A stretch of 64,000 bases of DNA from Octopus vulgaris (GCA_951406725.2 OX597837.1:7998001-8062000); one strand, 5' to 3'; counted from the first letter of the stretch, positions 1 through 13,789 are shown. Numbers and translations are program-made. The notes: a model not told the origin generated them from the sequence alone.

Positions 1-37
1 AAAAGAGGGCTTAAGGGTCACATCTCTCACTCTCACA

Positions 38-81
<44 letters not shown>

Positions 82-457
82 GTATCTATCTATATACGGT
101 CATTATATACCTCATACTTTCCTCATACATAATACCGAACCAAGCAAATTATCACGTGACGAGATGGGTAGTCTTTTTCTTTGACAATTATGATAGAGTC
201 ACCAAATTCACCCTCAAATTTGGTTTTAAAGTTACTCGTCAGTTCGGTTCCCAAATCAAATTACTAACATTGTTCGAAGATAATCAAAACCATTATGTTC
301 TATCAGAATGTCAACGAATCCCAGAAGACTAAAATTTTTACGAAATTGACCAATAAACCTATTAAAGATGTCTCCCAAACACCATTAGACTAGCGTAAAA
401 GATGCAAACTCACGAACATCATCGCGAAATGTAGAAAGCGCATGATATATCTTTCTT

Positions 458-625
458 TGTCTTTTACTTGTTTCAGTCATTCGACCGTGGCCATACTGAG
501 GCACCGCCTTGAAGAATTCTTTGTTGAATGGTTCGACTCCAGTCCGTATTTATTCTTATTTGAGGCCTGGTAAATATTCTATCGGTCTCTTTTTAGTGGA
601 ACAAACACAGACACAAACACACATT
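458..625 (-). mobile_element. SINE family A, 3' part
   Basis: Reverse complement of the family A tail (cttttacttgtttcagtcatt...ggccatactgaggcaccgcc...ttctatcggtctc). Confidence 0.75.
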
Positions 626-681
626 CACTCTCTCTCTCTGTCACTGTCTGTCTTGCTCAGTTTCTCAATATATATATATAT

Positions 682-1150
682 ATAACAAAAGGGACATTAG
701 CCATTTGAATGTGGCTAGGGACAGGGCAGGGCGGTGGGGGTGTTACTGTTGCATTTAGCCCCAGGCGAACATCAACGTCACCAGAAAGGCTTGACACCAT
801 CACGGCGTCCTCTATCCTGCAAAGGGAGATCATCTACCGAAGAAGCGGAAGCCACATACGGACCCAGGTTTCGAGGTGTTTGCCTCTCGTCAACGTATGG
901 TAGGCATCGCCTTTCGATGAACGACTCTCCATATGTGGCTTCCGCTTCTTCGGTGGATGATCTCCCTTTGCAGGATAGAGGACGCCGTGATGGTGTCAAG
1001 CCTTTCTGGTGACGTTGATGTTCGCCTGGGGCTAAATGAAACAGTAACACCCCCACCGCCCTGCCCTGTCCCTAGCCACATTCAAATGGCTAATGTCCCT
1101 TTTGTTATGGAGCAGTTACTGTCTATATCTCATTTAGAGAATTATTATTG

Positions 1151-1151
<1 letters not shown>
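682..1151. mobile_element. (TA)n-flanked fold-back element, probably derived from a Penelope-like element terminal repeat
   Basis: 181-bp inverted arms 682-862 and 928-1108 with few mismatches; 43-nt tail 1109-1151; (TA)n on both sides; hammerhead motif at the loop. Confidence 0.8.
855..899 (-). ncRNA. Type I hammerhead ribozyme motif (U3 variant)
   Basis: Minus strand CAUACG-UUGACGA-GAGG(CAAACA)CCUC-GAAA-CCUGGGUC^CGUAUG: 6-bp stem I, 4-bp stem II, self-complementary stem III, GUC triplet. Confidence 0.8.
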
Positions 1152-1217
<66 letters not shown>

Positions 1218-1556
1218 AAGGCTTATGGCTCAGTGCCAAGAGCGTCGAGCTTACGATCGTGAGGTTGTGAGTTCGAATCCCGCACAGGGCTGCGTGTTGT
1301 GTTCTTGAGCAAGACACTATATTTCACGTTGCTGCTCCAGTTCACTCAACTGTAGAAATGAGTTGCGATGTCACAGGTGCCAAGCTGTATCGGACCCTTT
1401 GCCTTTCCCTTGGATAACATGGGTGGCGTGGAGAGGGGAGGCCGGTATGCATGGGCGACTGCTGGTCTTCCATAAACAACCTTGCCCGGACTTGTGACTG
1501 GGAGGGAAACTTTCTAGGTGCAATCCCATGGTCAGTCATGACCGAAGGGAGTCTCA
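1218..1556 (+). mobile_element. tRNA-derived SINE family C, near full length
   Basis: A box tggctcagtg, B box gttcgaatccc, CORE-like ttcttgagcaagacac; homologous copies at 51905, 61693 and 63510. Confidence 0.85.
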
Positions 1557-1558
1557 GA

Positions 1559-1635
<77 letters not shown>

Positions 1636-1727
1636 GTTTATCAATTTGTGTTAGAAGATTTCTGAGGTGAAATCATGTGTTGAAACAGATATTGTTGTAT
1701 TTCGGGATGGTCATTTCTTTTTCTTTT

Positions 1728-1972
1728 TTGCCAAATAAACTCACGCACTACATGTTTGTTCTTCACTCGTTTGTCCATTGTCCGGAAATATTTCCTCTTT
1801 CGTCACACAGAATGGAGTAAGCAGAGCAAGAGCACACACACGAAAACGCAAAGTGTCGCTGAAGAGGTCACAGATGTGTGACGACAGATTTCCGGACAGT
1901 GGACATGAGTTAAAATAAGAACAGTAATAAACGAGTGAAGCGCAAATATATAGCGCGTGTTTATTTGGCAAA
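1728..1972. mobile_element. MITE-like imperfect inverted repeat
   Basis: 1730-1808 (gccaaataaac...gtcacaca) is the diverged reverse complement of 1875-1969 (tgtgtgacg...gtttatttggc). Confidence 0.55.
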
Positions 1973-1986
1973 ATAATAAAAAAAAT

Positions 1987-2076
1987 TGCTGTGTGGTAAG
2001 TAGCTTGCTTACGAACCACATGGTTCCGGGTTCAGTCCCACTGCGTGGCACCTTAGGCAGGTGTCTTCTGCTATAG
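1987..2076 (+). mobile_element. SINE family A, 5' head fragment
   Basis: gctgtgtggtaagtagcttgc...gggttcagtcccactgcgtggcacc. Confidence 0.8.
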
Positions 2077-2652
2077 TTGGTGTAGATATCAAGGATAGCG
2101 TAGGCATATTTAGTATGCGTATTTAGCGGTAGAGAAAACATACTTCACATTCAAGAATCATAAGGTTTATTTCGAAAAAAAGCTCCCAAACCTTTCAGCT
2201 AGAAGTTTTAACTACACCATAACTAACATCGAAATAAATTAATGAATATATTCTAGACAAGGACAAGATCATCTCAAATTGAAGTTATCTTGCCATTTAT
2301 TCATTTGGAATAATAATAATTCTGTGATAATGATAAAAGGTTTAAGAATATGGTTTCAACCGATTCGAAATAGATTACTAACCCAATGTTAGATGCGCTT
2401 ACTTTTGCAAAATATTTTCTGCCAACCACAACATGCGAAATTAGACTTCCTTTGCACGCAAGGAAATCCATTTTATTATTTTTTAACAGCTTCTGGAGAA
2501 TAAAAAAAATAAGTTCTCTCATGTTTCCTTTGATGTCAGCATGGGATCGAAAGATTCTGCCGAAGCTAGTCACATCTTAGGCGCAGATATCTTAAACTAC
2601 TTAAATATCAAATTTCCCTATATTCCCGGATTACCACACACACGCACGCACG

Positions 2653-2685
<33 letters not shown>

Positions 2686-2752
2686 CACAAATACATACAC
2701 ACACAGATACACACACACATACATCAGGGTATAAGTATATGCTTCTCTATTC

Positions 2753-2805
<53 letters not shown>

Positions 2806-3067
2806 CAATAATGATAATTATAACAACAACAACAGGTAAAATGATGTTGATGATGGTGGTAATGATGATGATGAAAATAATAATAATGATAATAATAATA
2901 ATAGTAATAATAATAATAATAGTAATTTCATATATTTGCCAGAGGGGACCAGATGAGGTGGACATTACAGGAACGGTGAACAGCTTGTGTGTGGGTTCAC
3001 ATAAAAGATAAGAGGAAAGAAGAAGGCGGGTGAAATGAGATAAAAAAGAACTAAAAAAAACGTAACT

Positions 3068-3132
<65 letters not shown>

Positions 3133-3418
3133 TAATGAAATTTCCGATATCCTTCAATGTTGGATTATCTGAAACAGGGTTTAGAAATGAGAATTATTTC
3201 GATAAATAGTAGAGTGCCACAGATAAAGGATTCGATATTACTTATAGATTTGGTATTGTCAGAAACAGGAGAATTCTTTAGAAGTTGAATTTGTTTTTTT
3301 ATATCCCCGGGTTGGCCTTGAACAAGCAGAGTTATGATCAAAGATGTCCTTGCCATAATCATCACGTGATAAACACACTCACGCACACACATATACACAT
3401 TCTGATATAAACACACAC

Positions 3419-3822
<404 letters not shown>

Positions 3823-4015
3823 GGAGAGAGAGATTGATGGGTTCATAAATAGATAGATAGGCTCAAAGACAGACCGATAGACGTGCTAACAGAAAAACAG
3901 GTAGACAGATAGATAGGCTGACAGAAAGAGAAAGCTATTGTTGTGCGAGAGAACTACGCCCCCTGCCGAGAGTGGAGTGGACAACTACATATAGATTGTA
4001 GCGGTCTGAGTAAGA

Positions 4016-4180
4016 GAAGGAGAATTCACAAAAAAAGACCAACAAAAGACGAAGACAGGTGGTGTAGACAACAAACAGATGCATTAGTATAACGCCCAGA
4101 AAGTGAAAATGTTTTTAACATTTCGAGCCTACGCTCTTCCACAGAAAGGAACAAGGAGAGAAAATAAAGAATGTGTAAGT
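4016..4180 (-). mobile_element. Short hammerhead-bearing repeat, family P1
   Basis: Homologous to 32096-32246, 43596-43771 and 58261-58462; motif 4112-4148 on minus strand CUGUGGA-A-GAGC(GUAG)GCUC-GAAA. Confidence 0.7.
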
Positions 4181-4794
4181 GAGGGAGTTCGATAGTTCAA
4201 AGTTTATGTGTGCTGCTAAACAACGAAAGGTACGACATTTTTGTGAATTCTTACCGTGAATTGGTTACGATGATTGACGGGCCAGTGTTGTCTAATGCAA
4301 TGCCACCTGTGGTGGAAATTTCAAAGTTTAGAAACTTCAGACATAGAATATTAAATATAACGTGAACAATTAAAAAAAAAATTGATAAAAATGTGAACTT
4401 TTTCTTTTAAAAATTGGAAAAAATGAGAGAAAAACTGTCCAAATGTAAGCACTCGACTTCGGGGATCGAGTGGGCATTGTGCATCATGATATCATATTTC
4501 ATATTTTCCTTCGTTCCTTTCATTTTTTCTTCTTTATTTATCTCTACAGGATTTATCTCTACAGACCATTGCAGCAGAATGTCAGACTATCGTAAATCTT
4601 AAATATTATGAGAAAAAAATATAAGATAAAGACTCTGCAAAAATTCAAATGTGTCATCCCGGGAAGCACAATAAAAAAAAGTGTCAGGTTCCAATTCATA
4701 TTTCGGATGTGGAGGCCTACACTACAAAAAGGATTGTCCATTTAAAAACAAAACGTGCTATAGTTGTCAGAAGCTGGGACAGAGGAGTTCTCAT

Positions 4795-5205
4795 GGATCT
4801 TTTCGGTTTGAACGGCAGTTTTGAACATAATTTCAAGATAACTAAAAAATTTTAAACTTCGTATACTGGTAGAATGTGTTTATAAAACATCTTTTTCTCT
4901 TGGCTTTATTGAGAAAATTCTATAGTTTGTAAGATATTTGTTGTTGTTTTTTCTTCAATTTCTGCAATTTCAACCAATCATTGACGTCTATTGAGTTAAA
5001 AAGCATTCTGTGTCGTATGAATATGTCCCTCGTTTAAGAACAGATTGGGTTTATTTATATTTCTGAAGAAAAAAAGAAACCCTTCCCTCTATCCCTAACC
5101 CTAAAACAGATTGAAATGCAATAGATCGATACTAGGGTCATAATTATGGGTGAAAATTTCATATGACACCGCTAGAAAAAACTGCCGTTCAAACCGAAAA
5201 GATCC
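4795..5205. mobile_element. Non-autonomous DNA transposon with GG-starting TIRs and an 8-bp TSD (Merlin- or hAT-like)
   Basis: TIR ggatcttttcggtttgaacggcagttt at both ends; TSD gttctcat at 4787-4794 and 5206-5213. Confidence 0.9.
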
Positions 5206-5671
5206 GTTCTCATTGTAGAACAAGCCTACGAGGCTGAAACACAGAGTTTGTAAGATATTTTCAGCGGAGAGTAATTGCGACGGAAAAACAAGAAAATTCT
5301 TGCACGTAAAAATAAATGATGTGAATACCAAATTACAATTAGACACAGGTAGCGAGATCTCGATTACAAATGCGGATACTTGGAAAACAATTGGTAAACC
5401 GAGATTACGTAGAACAGCGAAAATAGCGCGTGGTGTAACAGGCGATAAATTATATTTCACGGGCAAAACATGTATTAACGTCACATTTCGAGGAGAAACA
5501 CGCGAAGCAAAAGTATTTGTGGATAATACAATCGATCTGTTTGGCACAGATTGGGTGGAACTATTCGATTTATGGAAACCTCTCCATAAATCTTTACATA
5601 AATGGTTGTCCCGTTAAAAACAAGTCTTCGGAAGGACTGAGGAAAAAAATTGAAAAAAAAAAAATGTTTCC

Positions 5672-6054
5672 GCGTGTGGTAAGGAGCTAGTTTACCAACC
5701 ACATGGTTCTGGGTTCAGTCCCACTGCGTGGCACCTTGGGCAAGTGTCTTCTACTATAGCCTCGGGCCGACCAAAGCCTTGTGAGTGGATTTGGTAGAGG
5801 GAAACTGAAAGAAGCCCGTCGTATATATGTATATATATATGTATGTGTGTCTTTGTGTGTCTGTGTTTGTCCCCCTAGCATTGCTTGACAACCGATGCTG
5901 GTGTGTTTATGTCCCCGTAACATTAGCGGTTCAGCAAAAAAGACCGATAGAATAAGTACTGGGCTTACAAAATAATAAGTCCTGGGGTCGAGTTGCTTGA
6001 TTAAAGGCGGTGCTCCAGCATGGCCGCAGTCAAATGACTGAAACAAGTAAAAGA
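5672..6054 (+). mobile_element. tRNA-derived SINE family A
   Basis: B box gggttcagtccc, CORE-like ccttgggcaagtgtc, internal (TA)/(TG) tract, tail ggcggtgctccagcatggccgcagtcaaatgactgaaac. Confidence 0.9.
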
Positions 6055-6260
6055 ATTAAAAAAAAGTGTTATCAGATTTAGGTTTATGAGGAAAGGCGGA
6101 AGCCTATTTCCAAGTAAGTGAAAATGCCGTACCAGTATTTAGAGCAAACACAAAGGTACCGTTCGCGGTAGTTGAAACCGCAAATGAAAAGATTGGAGTC
6201 ACCAAAAACGCGTATTACTCGAAGTGGGCGGCACCTACGGTATATATTAAATAAAAAAAA

Positions 6261-6515
6261 AAGGCGGCGAGCTGGCAGAGACGTTAGCACACCGGGCGAA
6301 ATTCGTAGCAGTATTTCGTCTGCCGTTACGTTGTGAGTTCAAATTCCGCCGAGGTCGACTTTGCCTTTCATCTTTTCGGGGTCGATAAATAATTACCAGT
6401 TACGCACTGCGGTCGATATAATCGACTTAATACCTATGTCTGTCCTTGTTTGTCCTCTCTGTGTTCAACCCCTTGTGGGTAGTAAAGAAATATATATTTC
6501 GTCTGCTGCTACGTT
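6261..6515 (+). mobile_element. tRNA-derived SINE family B
   Basis: ggcggcgagctggcaga...gagttcaaattccgccgaggtcgac; several copies in the window. Confidence 0.85.
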
Positions 6516-6517
6516 CA

Positions 6518-6899
6518 GAGGGAACAAACAAGGACAGACAAAGGGATTAAGTCGATTACATCGACCCCAGTGCGTAACTGGTATTTAATTTATCGCCCCC
6601 GAAATGATGAAAGGCAAAGTCGACCTTGTTAGAATTTGAACTCAAAACGTAATGACAGACGAAATACCTATTCTTTACTACCCATAAGGGGCTAAACACA
6701 GAGGGGACAAACAAGGACAGACATAGGTATTAAGTCGATTATATCAAACCCAGTGCGTAACTGGTGCTTAATTTATCGACCCCGAAAGGATGAAAGGCAA
6801 AGTCGACCTCGGCGGAATTTGAACTCAGAACGTACCGGCAGACGAAATACCGCTATGCCTTTCGCCCGGCGTGCTAACGTTTCCGCCAGTTCGCCGCCT
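6518..6899 (-). mobile_element. SINE family B with duplicated body, tail-to-tail with the preceding copy
   Basis: Reverse complement of 6261-6515 with an internal repeat. Confidence 0.85.
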
Positions 6900-7491
6900 T
6901 CACTCTTCATAAATACTATCTCTGGGTTCTTAATACTTCTTCTACCGCAAATATATACTTTTTGTATATTGCGGATTTCTGGAGCCCTGATAAACGGTCC
7001 GGAAATGTATAATAAAACGAATACGAAACTACGTCGGCGAAATGATTTCTGAACGTTTACTCAAGTGTCAGAGCAAACACAGAGCTCACTTCTGTTAAAA
7101 GTGCTTATGACATAATTTGGTATAGTGACGGAGCTTATGATATTAGTGGGTGTTGTCAAAAGGATTTAAGATACAATTGAGCGTTGCTAGAAAGGTATAT
7201 TGACAGTGGAACTCTATAATGTAAGCGTTTATTGTCAAAGGAGTTTATAATGCGATTGAACAATAACAAAAGACTTGTAATATACACACGTGTATCCAGA
7301 GTTAGAGAAGGCGATTAATACAATGGCGAATGTATGGCGAGTAAGTTTATAGTATAAAAGCTCTTACGAGAAATTTTCACACACATTTATGTGTGTTTGT
7401 GTGTGTGTGTGTGTGTGTACACGTGTGTGTATGTGAATGCGTACGTACCTCCCTTTGTGTGTATATATGTATATTTATATATATATATATT

Positions 7492-7717
7492 CTTTTACTA
7501 GTTTTAGTCATTTAACTGCGGCCGCCATGCTGGAGTACCGCCGCCTTTAATTGGCCCCAGGACTTGTTCTTTGTAAGCCTAGTGCTTGTTCTATTGGTAT
7601 CTTTTGCTGAACCGCTAGGTTACGGGTACGTAAACACACCAACATCGGTGGTCAAGCGATGATGGGGGACAAACACAAACGCAAACACACACACAAATAT
7701 ATATATACATACATACA

Positions 7718-7749
<32 letters not shown>

Positions 7750-7772
7750 CATACATACATATATACATACAT

Positions 7773-7843
<71 letters not shown>

Positions 7844-8205
7844 AATGTTACTACTTGATTTGAAAGCTTTTGTATTATTGGAAAACCTATATTTTTGGCT
7901 GAAGAGCACTCAACATCTTAGATCTGCTGTAATACTTACAACTTTTAATAAAATGTTGTAGTGCGAAACAATTGTACCAAATTACCGGAGTCATTCTTGT
8001 TGCTTATTTTTGATGTGTATATATATATATATATATATATACAACTGGTTTCTTTTAGTTTCCCTCTACTAAATCCACTCACAAGGCTGTGGTAGGCTCG
8101 AAGCTATAGTAGGAGACACTTGCCAAAGGTGCCACGTAGTAGGACTGAACCCGGAGCCTTGTGGTTGGTGCACAATCTACTTACCACACAGCCACTCCTG
8201 CGCCT
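7492..8205 (-). mobile_element. SINE family A with expanded internal microsatellite and a nested hammerhead insert
   Basis: Tail at 7492-7680 and head at 8041-8205, separated by (TA)n tracts and the 7839-8016 insert. Confidence 0.8.
7894..7981 (+). ncRNA. Type I hammerhead ribozyme motif, canonical core, extended stem II (family P2)
   Basis: UUUGG-CUGAAGA-GCACU CAACAU...AUGUUG U AGUGC-GAAA-CAAUUGUA^CCAAA; palindromic stem III ACAAUUGU; GUA triplet. Confidence 0.85.
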
Positions 8206-8206
8206 G

Positions 8207-8298
<92 letters not shown>

Positions 8299-8615
8299 AC
8301 TATACAGGTTTACGTAACCTTATGACTTTTATAGGATTTCGGCCTTTAGGCAACTTCGGTCATGCAGTATCGATTTCAGAATGGAAGAATGATTGTATGT
8401 TTGCATTAATATGAATGCACAGCAATATACAACAACAGAATTGCATAATCGCAAATTAATGCAAATAAAGATGGCGAGTGCATCAGATCGCCGGAACACC
8501 ATCGTTATACCGACAATTCAACTCAACTCTATTGCGTGCGCATATACATATATACGTGCATGTGAGTGTGTGTATGAGCATGTGAGTTTGCTTACACGCA
8601 CACACATATATATTT

Positions 8616-8659
<44 letters not shown>

Positions 8660-8683
8660 ATATGTATATATATATATATACAT

Positions 8684-8747
<64 letters not shown>

Positions 8748-8808
8748 ATATATATATCAATATATCTATATATACAAATATATAAATATATATATATGTG
8801 TGCGGGTG

Positions 8809-8864
<56 letters not shown>

Positions 8865-8901
8865 TATATGTGTATATTTATGTGTGTGTGTGTGTGTGTG
8901 T

Positions 8902-9040
<139 letters not shown>

Positions 9041-9430
9041 ATGTATAAGGAAATATGCATGTAGTAGCATCTCTGCTGCTCATGTATACAATATCTGATT
9101 GTGCTTTACCGTTTTTTTTAAGCTTCATTCTCATTTCTTTTTTCTGATATTTTCGTAGAATTTCCTCGCAGTCTGTTTTGGAGCAGTAAACTTCATAAAT
9201 AAATCATCGAAATTTCGAGAGTTTCTATATTCTCATAGAGAAACGGCAATGATTGATTTGGCTTCTTCAGTTTTCGAAATACAAACTGCGAAGATCTCAT
9301 TGGCGTAATGTGACAATACACACACACACACACACACACATGTACACACGTTTATATGATAAATCTACGAAACAGCTGCACATTCAGTACAAATCCCTTT
9401 CAGTTCCCTACATCTGTATGTCTATATATG

Positions 9431-9509
<79 letters not shown>

Positions 9510-9630
9510 GTTATTATATATATATCCAATATACTGCTAGATAGGTACCCAACAAAAATTAATATATATCAGTTTCTCCATTCTCTAATTTTGTAGTATA
9601 TATATATATATATATATTTTATATATATAC

Positions 9631-9753
<123 letters not shown>

Positions 9754-10010
9754 TGTGTATTTCTATCTATCTATACAGATATATGCAGATATGTAACGAT
9801 TTATGGACATGCATGCAGGCCCATAAATCCGTATACACGTCCAAACTGAGTTCATTTATATCGTTATTTCTCCATATTTCATAAATATACAAACATAGGG
9901 GTATATATGCACTTTTACATATACACATATGCGCATAACTATCATCATAGATAAACACTTACAAACGCAAACAGACACACAAAGACATGTGCACGTGGAC
10001 ATACGGTGTC

Positions 10011-10086
<76 letters not shown>

Positions 10087-10136
10087 ACATACCCGTAAAT
10101 ATTCCTATAAATATATGCATATATCAATATATGTGC

Positions 10137-10172
<36 letters not shown>

Positions 10173-10329
10173 ATATATATAATTACATATATACATATAC
10201 ACACATTCACATCTATGCAGAGTGCACCTGACGACATATAGATGCATATATGTAAATGTATGCATGTATGTATATATATGTATATATATATGCATGTCTC
10301 TCTCTCTTTCTCTCTCTCTATATATATAC

Positions 10330-10390
<61 letters not shown>

Positions 10391-10495
10391 TATATATATG
10401 CATGTCTCTCTCTCTCTTTCTATATATATATACATATATATACACATATATGCATGTCTACATACATACGTAGATACATACACACATACACACAG

Positions 10496-10530
<35 letters not shown>

Positions 10531-11060
10531 CACACACACAAGTTTATCTGAGATGAGTGATATTTTCAATAAAACTGCTAGACGTGAGAAAAAAGATCAC
10601 GGCCTTTGAATATTTGTTGATAGATTGCCGACGCATATGGCGTAACAGATATACATATGTATATATATAAATATATACACACATATATGCACATACGTAA
10701 TCCATACGCATAGATATTTAAATATATATTTATAGACACATTGTGTTTGTTCGCAGGTGTAAGAGGGATAAAGTGTAATAGATATTGACAGATAAATATA
10801 TATTGATAAATATGTTTCTCCGAGATATCACCACAATATTATATCCTAAGATATAGCATGGTCGACAATAAATTACGTATCGAATATCTATTGTACCATA
10901 ATAATAAGAATAAAAATAACATCAACAACAACAACAACAACACAACAATAATAACGATAATGATAATAATAACAACAACAATAATAATAATCATAATAAT
11001 GACGATGGGGATAATGATGATGATGATGATGATGATGATGATAACTAGAGTGACAACAAC

Positions 11061-11091
<31 letters not shown>

Positions 11092-11156
11092 TTAATAATA
11101 ATATTAATAATAGTAGTAGTAGTAGCAGTAGTAACAGTAGTAATAATAAAAATAAT

Positions 11157-11202
<46 letters not shown>

Positions 11203-11205
11203 TTG

Positions 11206-11238
<33 letters not shown>

Positions 11239-11295
11239 GTTGTATATATAATAATAAATAATAATAATTAATAATAATAATAATAATAGTAGTAA

Positions 11296-11384
<89 letters not shown>

Positions 11385-11387
11385 TTG

Positions 11388-11420
<33 letters not shown>

Positions 11421-11503
11421 GTTGTAGTAGTAGTAATAATAAAAATAATATTAATAATAATAATAACAACAGCAACAACAACAACAACAATAACAACAAC
11501 AAC

Positions 11504-11552
<49 letters not shown>

Positions 11553-12186
11553 TTGAGTGATGAGTTATTTATGTGAATACTTACACAATGAAATACACAA
11601 ACACACACACACATGTATGTATGTATGTATATATATGTATGTATATAGATATTTATACTGTGACGTTGTATGTATAAAGTTTTACAGTTCAATTGAAAAT
11701 TAAAAAAAACAACACAGATTCTATAAAGTAATTGACTTCGTAAAGAGCTGAATAGAAATCAAATCATGAAGAATAGCTATAGCTATATTTTAATATCCCA
11801 CACTCTGATATCGATTAAACTCACGAAGCACCATTTCGCCTCGCATATCAAAAACTATTTGCATTCATTATTACGTATATATATATATATATATGAATGT
11901 TTGTTAGCATGTATGTATATAAACATTTATTTATGTACACACAAATACACACATGCATATATACACATATATACATATGTATGTATATGTATCTTCCTGC
12001 TGTTCGTTCTACATTTGAGTGAACCGTGTATTGCGAGGATATATTATAGCTTGTGAGTTTATTAAATTTATTTCGAAACAGGCTGCTGCTTTGCTTTTGT
12101 AAAGTATTAGTGCTTGGATAATTAAGTTGTTTAACAACAACAACAACAAGACCAACAACAACAATAACAACATTAATAATAATAAT

Positions 12187-12233
<47 letters not shown>

Positions 12234-12363
12234 TAGCACCAAAAATAGAAGAGTACCATCGTTATCAAGTGAACGATATTTCGACATCTTGTGTGTCTTC
12301 CACTGGTTAAAAAAAATACTTGTCAATCTCTATCACCTGGAGGAGTTACTTCAGTCCTATAAA

Positions 12364-12411
<48 letters not shown>

Positions 12412-12418
12412 TACTATT

Positions 12419-12485
<67 letters not shown>

Positions 12486-12519
12486 TGGTAATAATAATAA
12501 TAGTAATAAGGAAGTAATA

Positions 12520-12748
12520 ATCCTTTCTACTTTAGGCACAAGGCTTGAAATTTTGTGGGGAGGAGACCATTCGATTACATTGACCCTCCCCCAATGCGTG
12601 ACTGATACTTAATTTATCGACCCCGAAAAGATTAAAGGCAAAGTCGACCCCAGCGGAATTTGAACTCAGAACTCATAACGTAGCGACGGGCGAAATACCG
12701 CTAAGCATTTAATCCAGCGTGCTAACGACTCTGCCAGCTTGCCGCCTT
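12520..12748 (-). mobile_element. SINE family B
   Basis: ggaatttgaactcagaac...ctgccagcttgccgcctt. Confidence 0.8.
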
Positions 12749-12750
12749 AA

Positions 12751-12820
<70 letters not shown>

Positions 12821-12829
12821 GAATGTTAA

Positions 12830-13360
12830 AATGTCACTATCTTCTGGGATTTTCCAGTCGACACTGATAGAACGATCCAGGCTAATGGACCTGACATAAT
12901 TATTAAAGACTTGGAAGTAAATATTTGTAGGCTAAGAGATGTAATTGTTCCCACTGATAAAAATATATCTGTAAAGTAATTTGACAAATTAAGTGAAAAT
13001 GAGGACCTGCAAATTGAAATACGAAAGCTGTGGCATCTCAAATCGAGAACTGTTCCTGTTATTGTAGGTGCCTCAGCTATGATAAAAAAGTAATGTCAGA
13101 AACAACTAGATAACATCACAGGAGAACCATGTCTCAGAGAAATCCAAAAGGCTGTACTGGCTGAGTATTGCCCACATTCTTTGAAGAACCCTATTCATTT
13201 AAATGTCTGTGTTGTATTACATGAAGATATTTCGCTTCTGCCCCTGTCACTTCCCCCACACAAGCTTTCGGTCATACTGTAACATCTCTTATCCTTCACT
13301 CGTCCCTGGACGCTGCGTGTGTCTCGGCAAGTGATTGTAACAAGTATGTAGATTAAAAGT
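12830..13360 (+). mobile_element. 3' fragment of an R4/Dong-clade non-LTR retrotransposon (restriction-like endonuclease plus 3' UTR)
   Basis: Translates NVTIFWDFPVDTDRTIQANGPDIIIKD...EDLQIEIRKLWHLKSRTVPVIVGA with internal stops; (AAT)n on both flanks. Confidence 0.85.
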
Positions 13361-13377
13361 TAATAATAATAATAATT

Positions 13378-13785
13378 CGTTCGTTTATTGCTCACAAGGG
13401 CTGACAAAAATCAATTATCGCATAAAGGGACAAAACACAGGACGAAAGTTACAAAGGGTTTTGTCCGTTTGTAATATCCGAGTAAAAAAGCAGTTTAACA
13501 ACGAAATACTCCCAATAGGGGGAGGCGATATGAAAGGTTCCTGGTGGAAAAAACCCATAAAAGCCAACGGTGGCCTGGTCAAAAAATGGTGGGTAGAGAG
13601 CCTCTTTCTCCTTTTGTAATACCTTTTTAAATCACAGGTGTAACCTCAGAATGGCTCCTTTCATACTGGCCATTCTTGCAACATTTATCCACCTTTCACT
13701 AAACTTGCTATCGGACAGCACTTCCCTCTCTACTCTCATTTTCCTTTTCAAGTGAAACTTGAAAAAGTTGATGATGCCTGGGCCA
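13378..13785 (-). mobile_element. 3' end of a Tx1/L1-like LINE
   Basis: Minus strand INFFKFHLKRKMRVEREVLSDSKFSERWINVARMASMKGAILRLHL* followed by UTR with aataaa. Confidence 0.6.
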
Positions 13786-13789
13786 ATCA

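Larger units (their letters stand above)
4560..6258 (+). pseudogene. Decayed Ty3/Gypsy gag-pol fragment (zinc knuckles, aspartic protease, start of RT), interrupted by a MITE and a SINE
   Basis: CGGLHYKKDCPFKNKTCYSCQKLG before 4795; LDTGS protease motif in ORF 5300-5617 with DLFGTDW; after the SINE, VPVFRANTKVPFA and YSKWAAPTVYIK; stops and frameshifts present. Confidence 0.85.

Noticed and set aside
709-1081. Mirror-image ORFs on both strands
   Set aside because: A consequence of the inverted repeat; no recognisable protein motif.
1218-1290. tRNA genes at SINE heads (also 44620-44692 and 44010-44081)
   Set aside because: A and B boxes continue into SINE bodies and lack a complete cloverleaf acceptor stem.
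1853-1897. Hammerhead-like CUGAAGA-G-GUCAC...GUGAC-GACA
   Set aside because: GAAA is broken and stems I and III do not close; the context is a MITE-like inverted repeat.
8310-8366. Minus-strand CCGAAGUU-GCC(UAAA)GGC-CGAAA
   Set aside because: Core and stem I are too degenerate to call a ribozyme.
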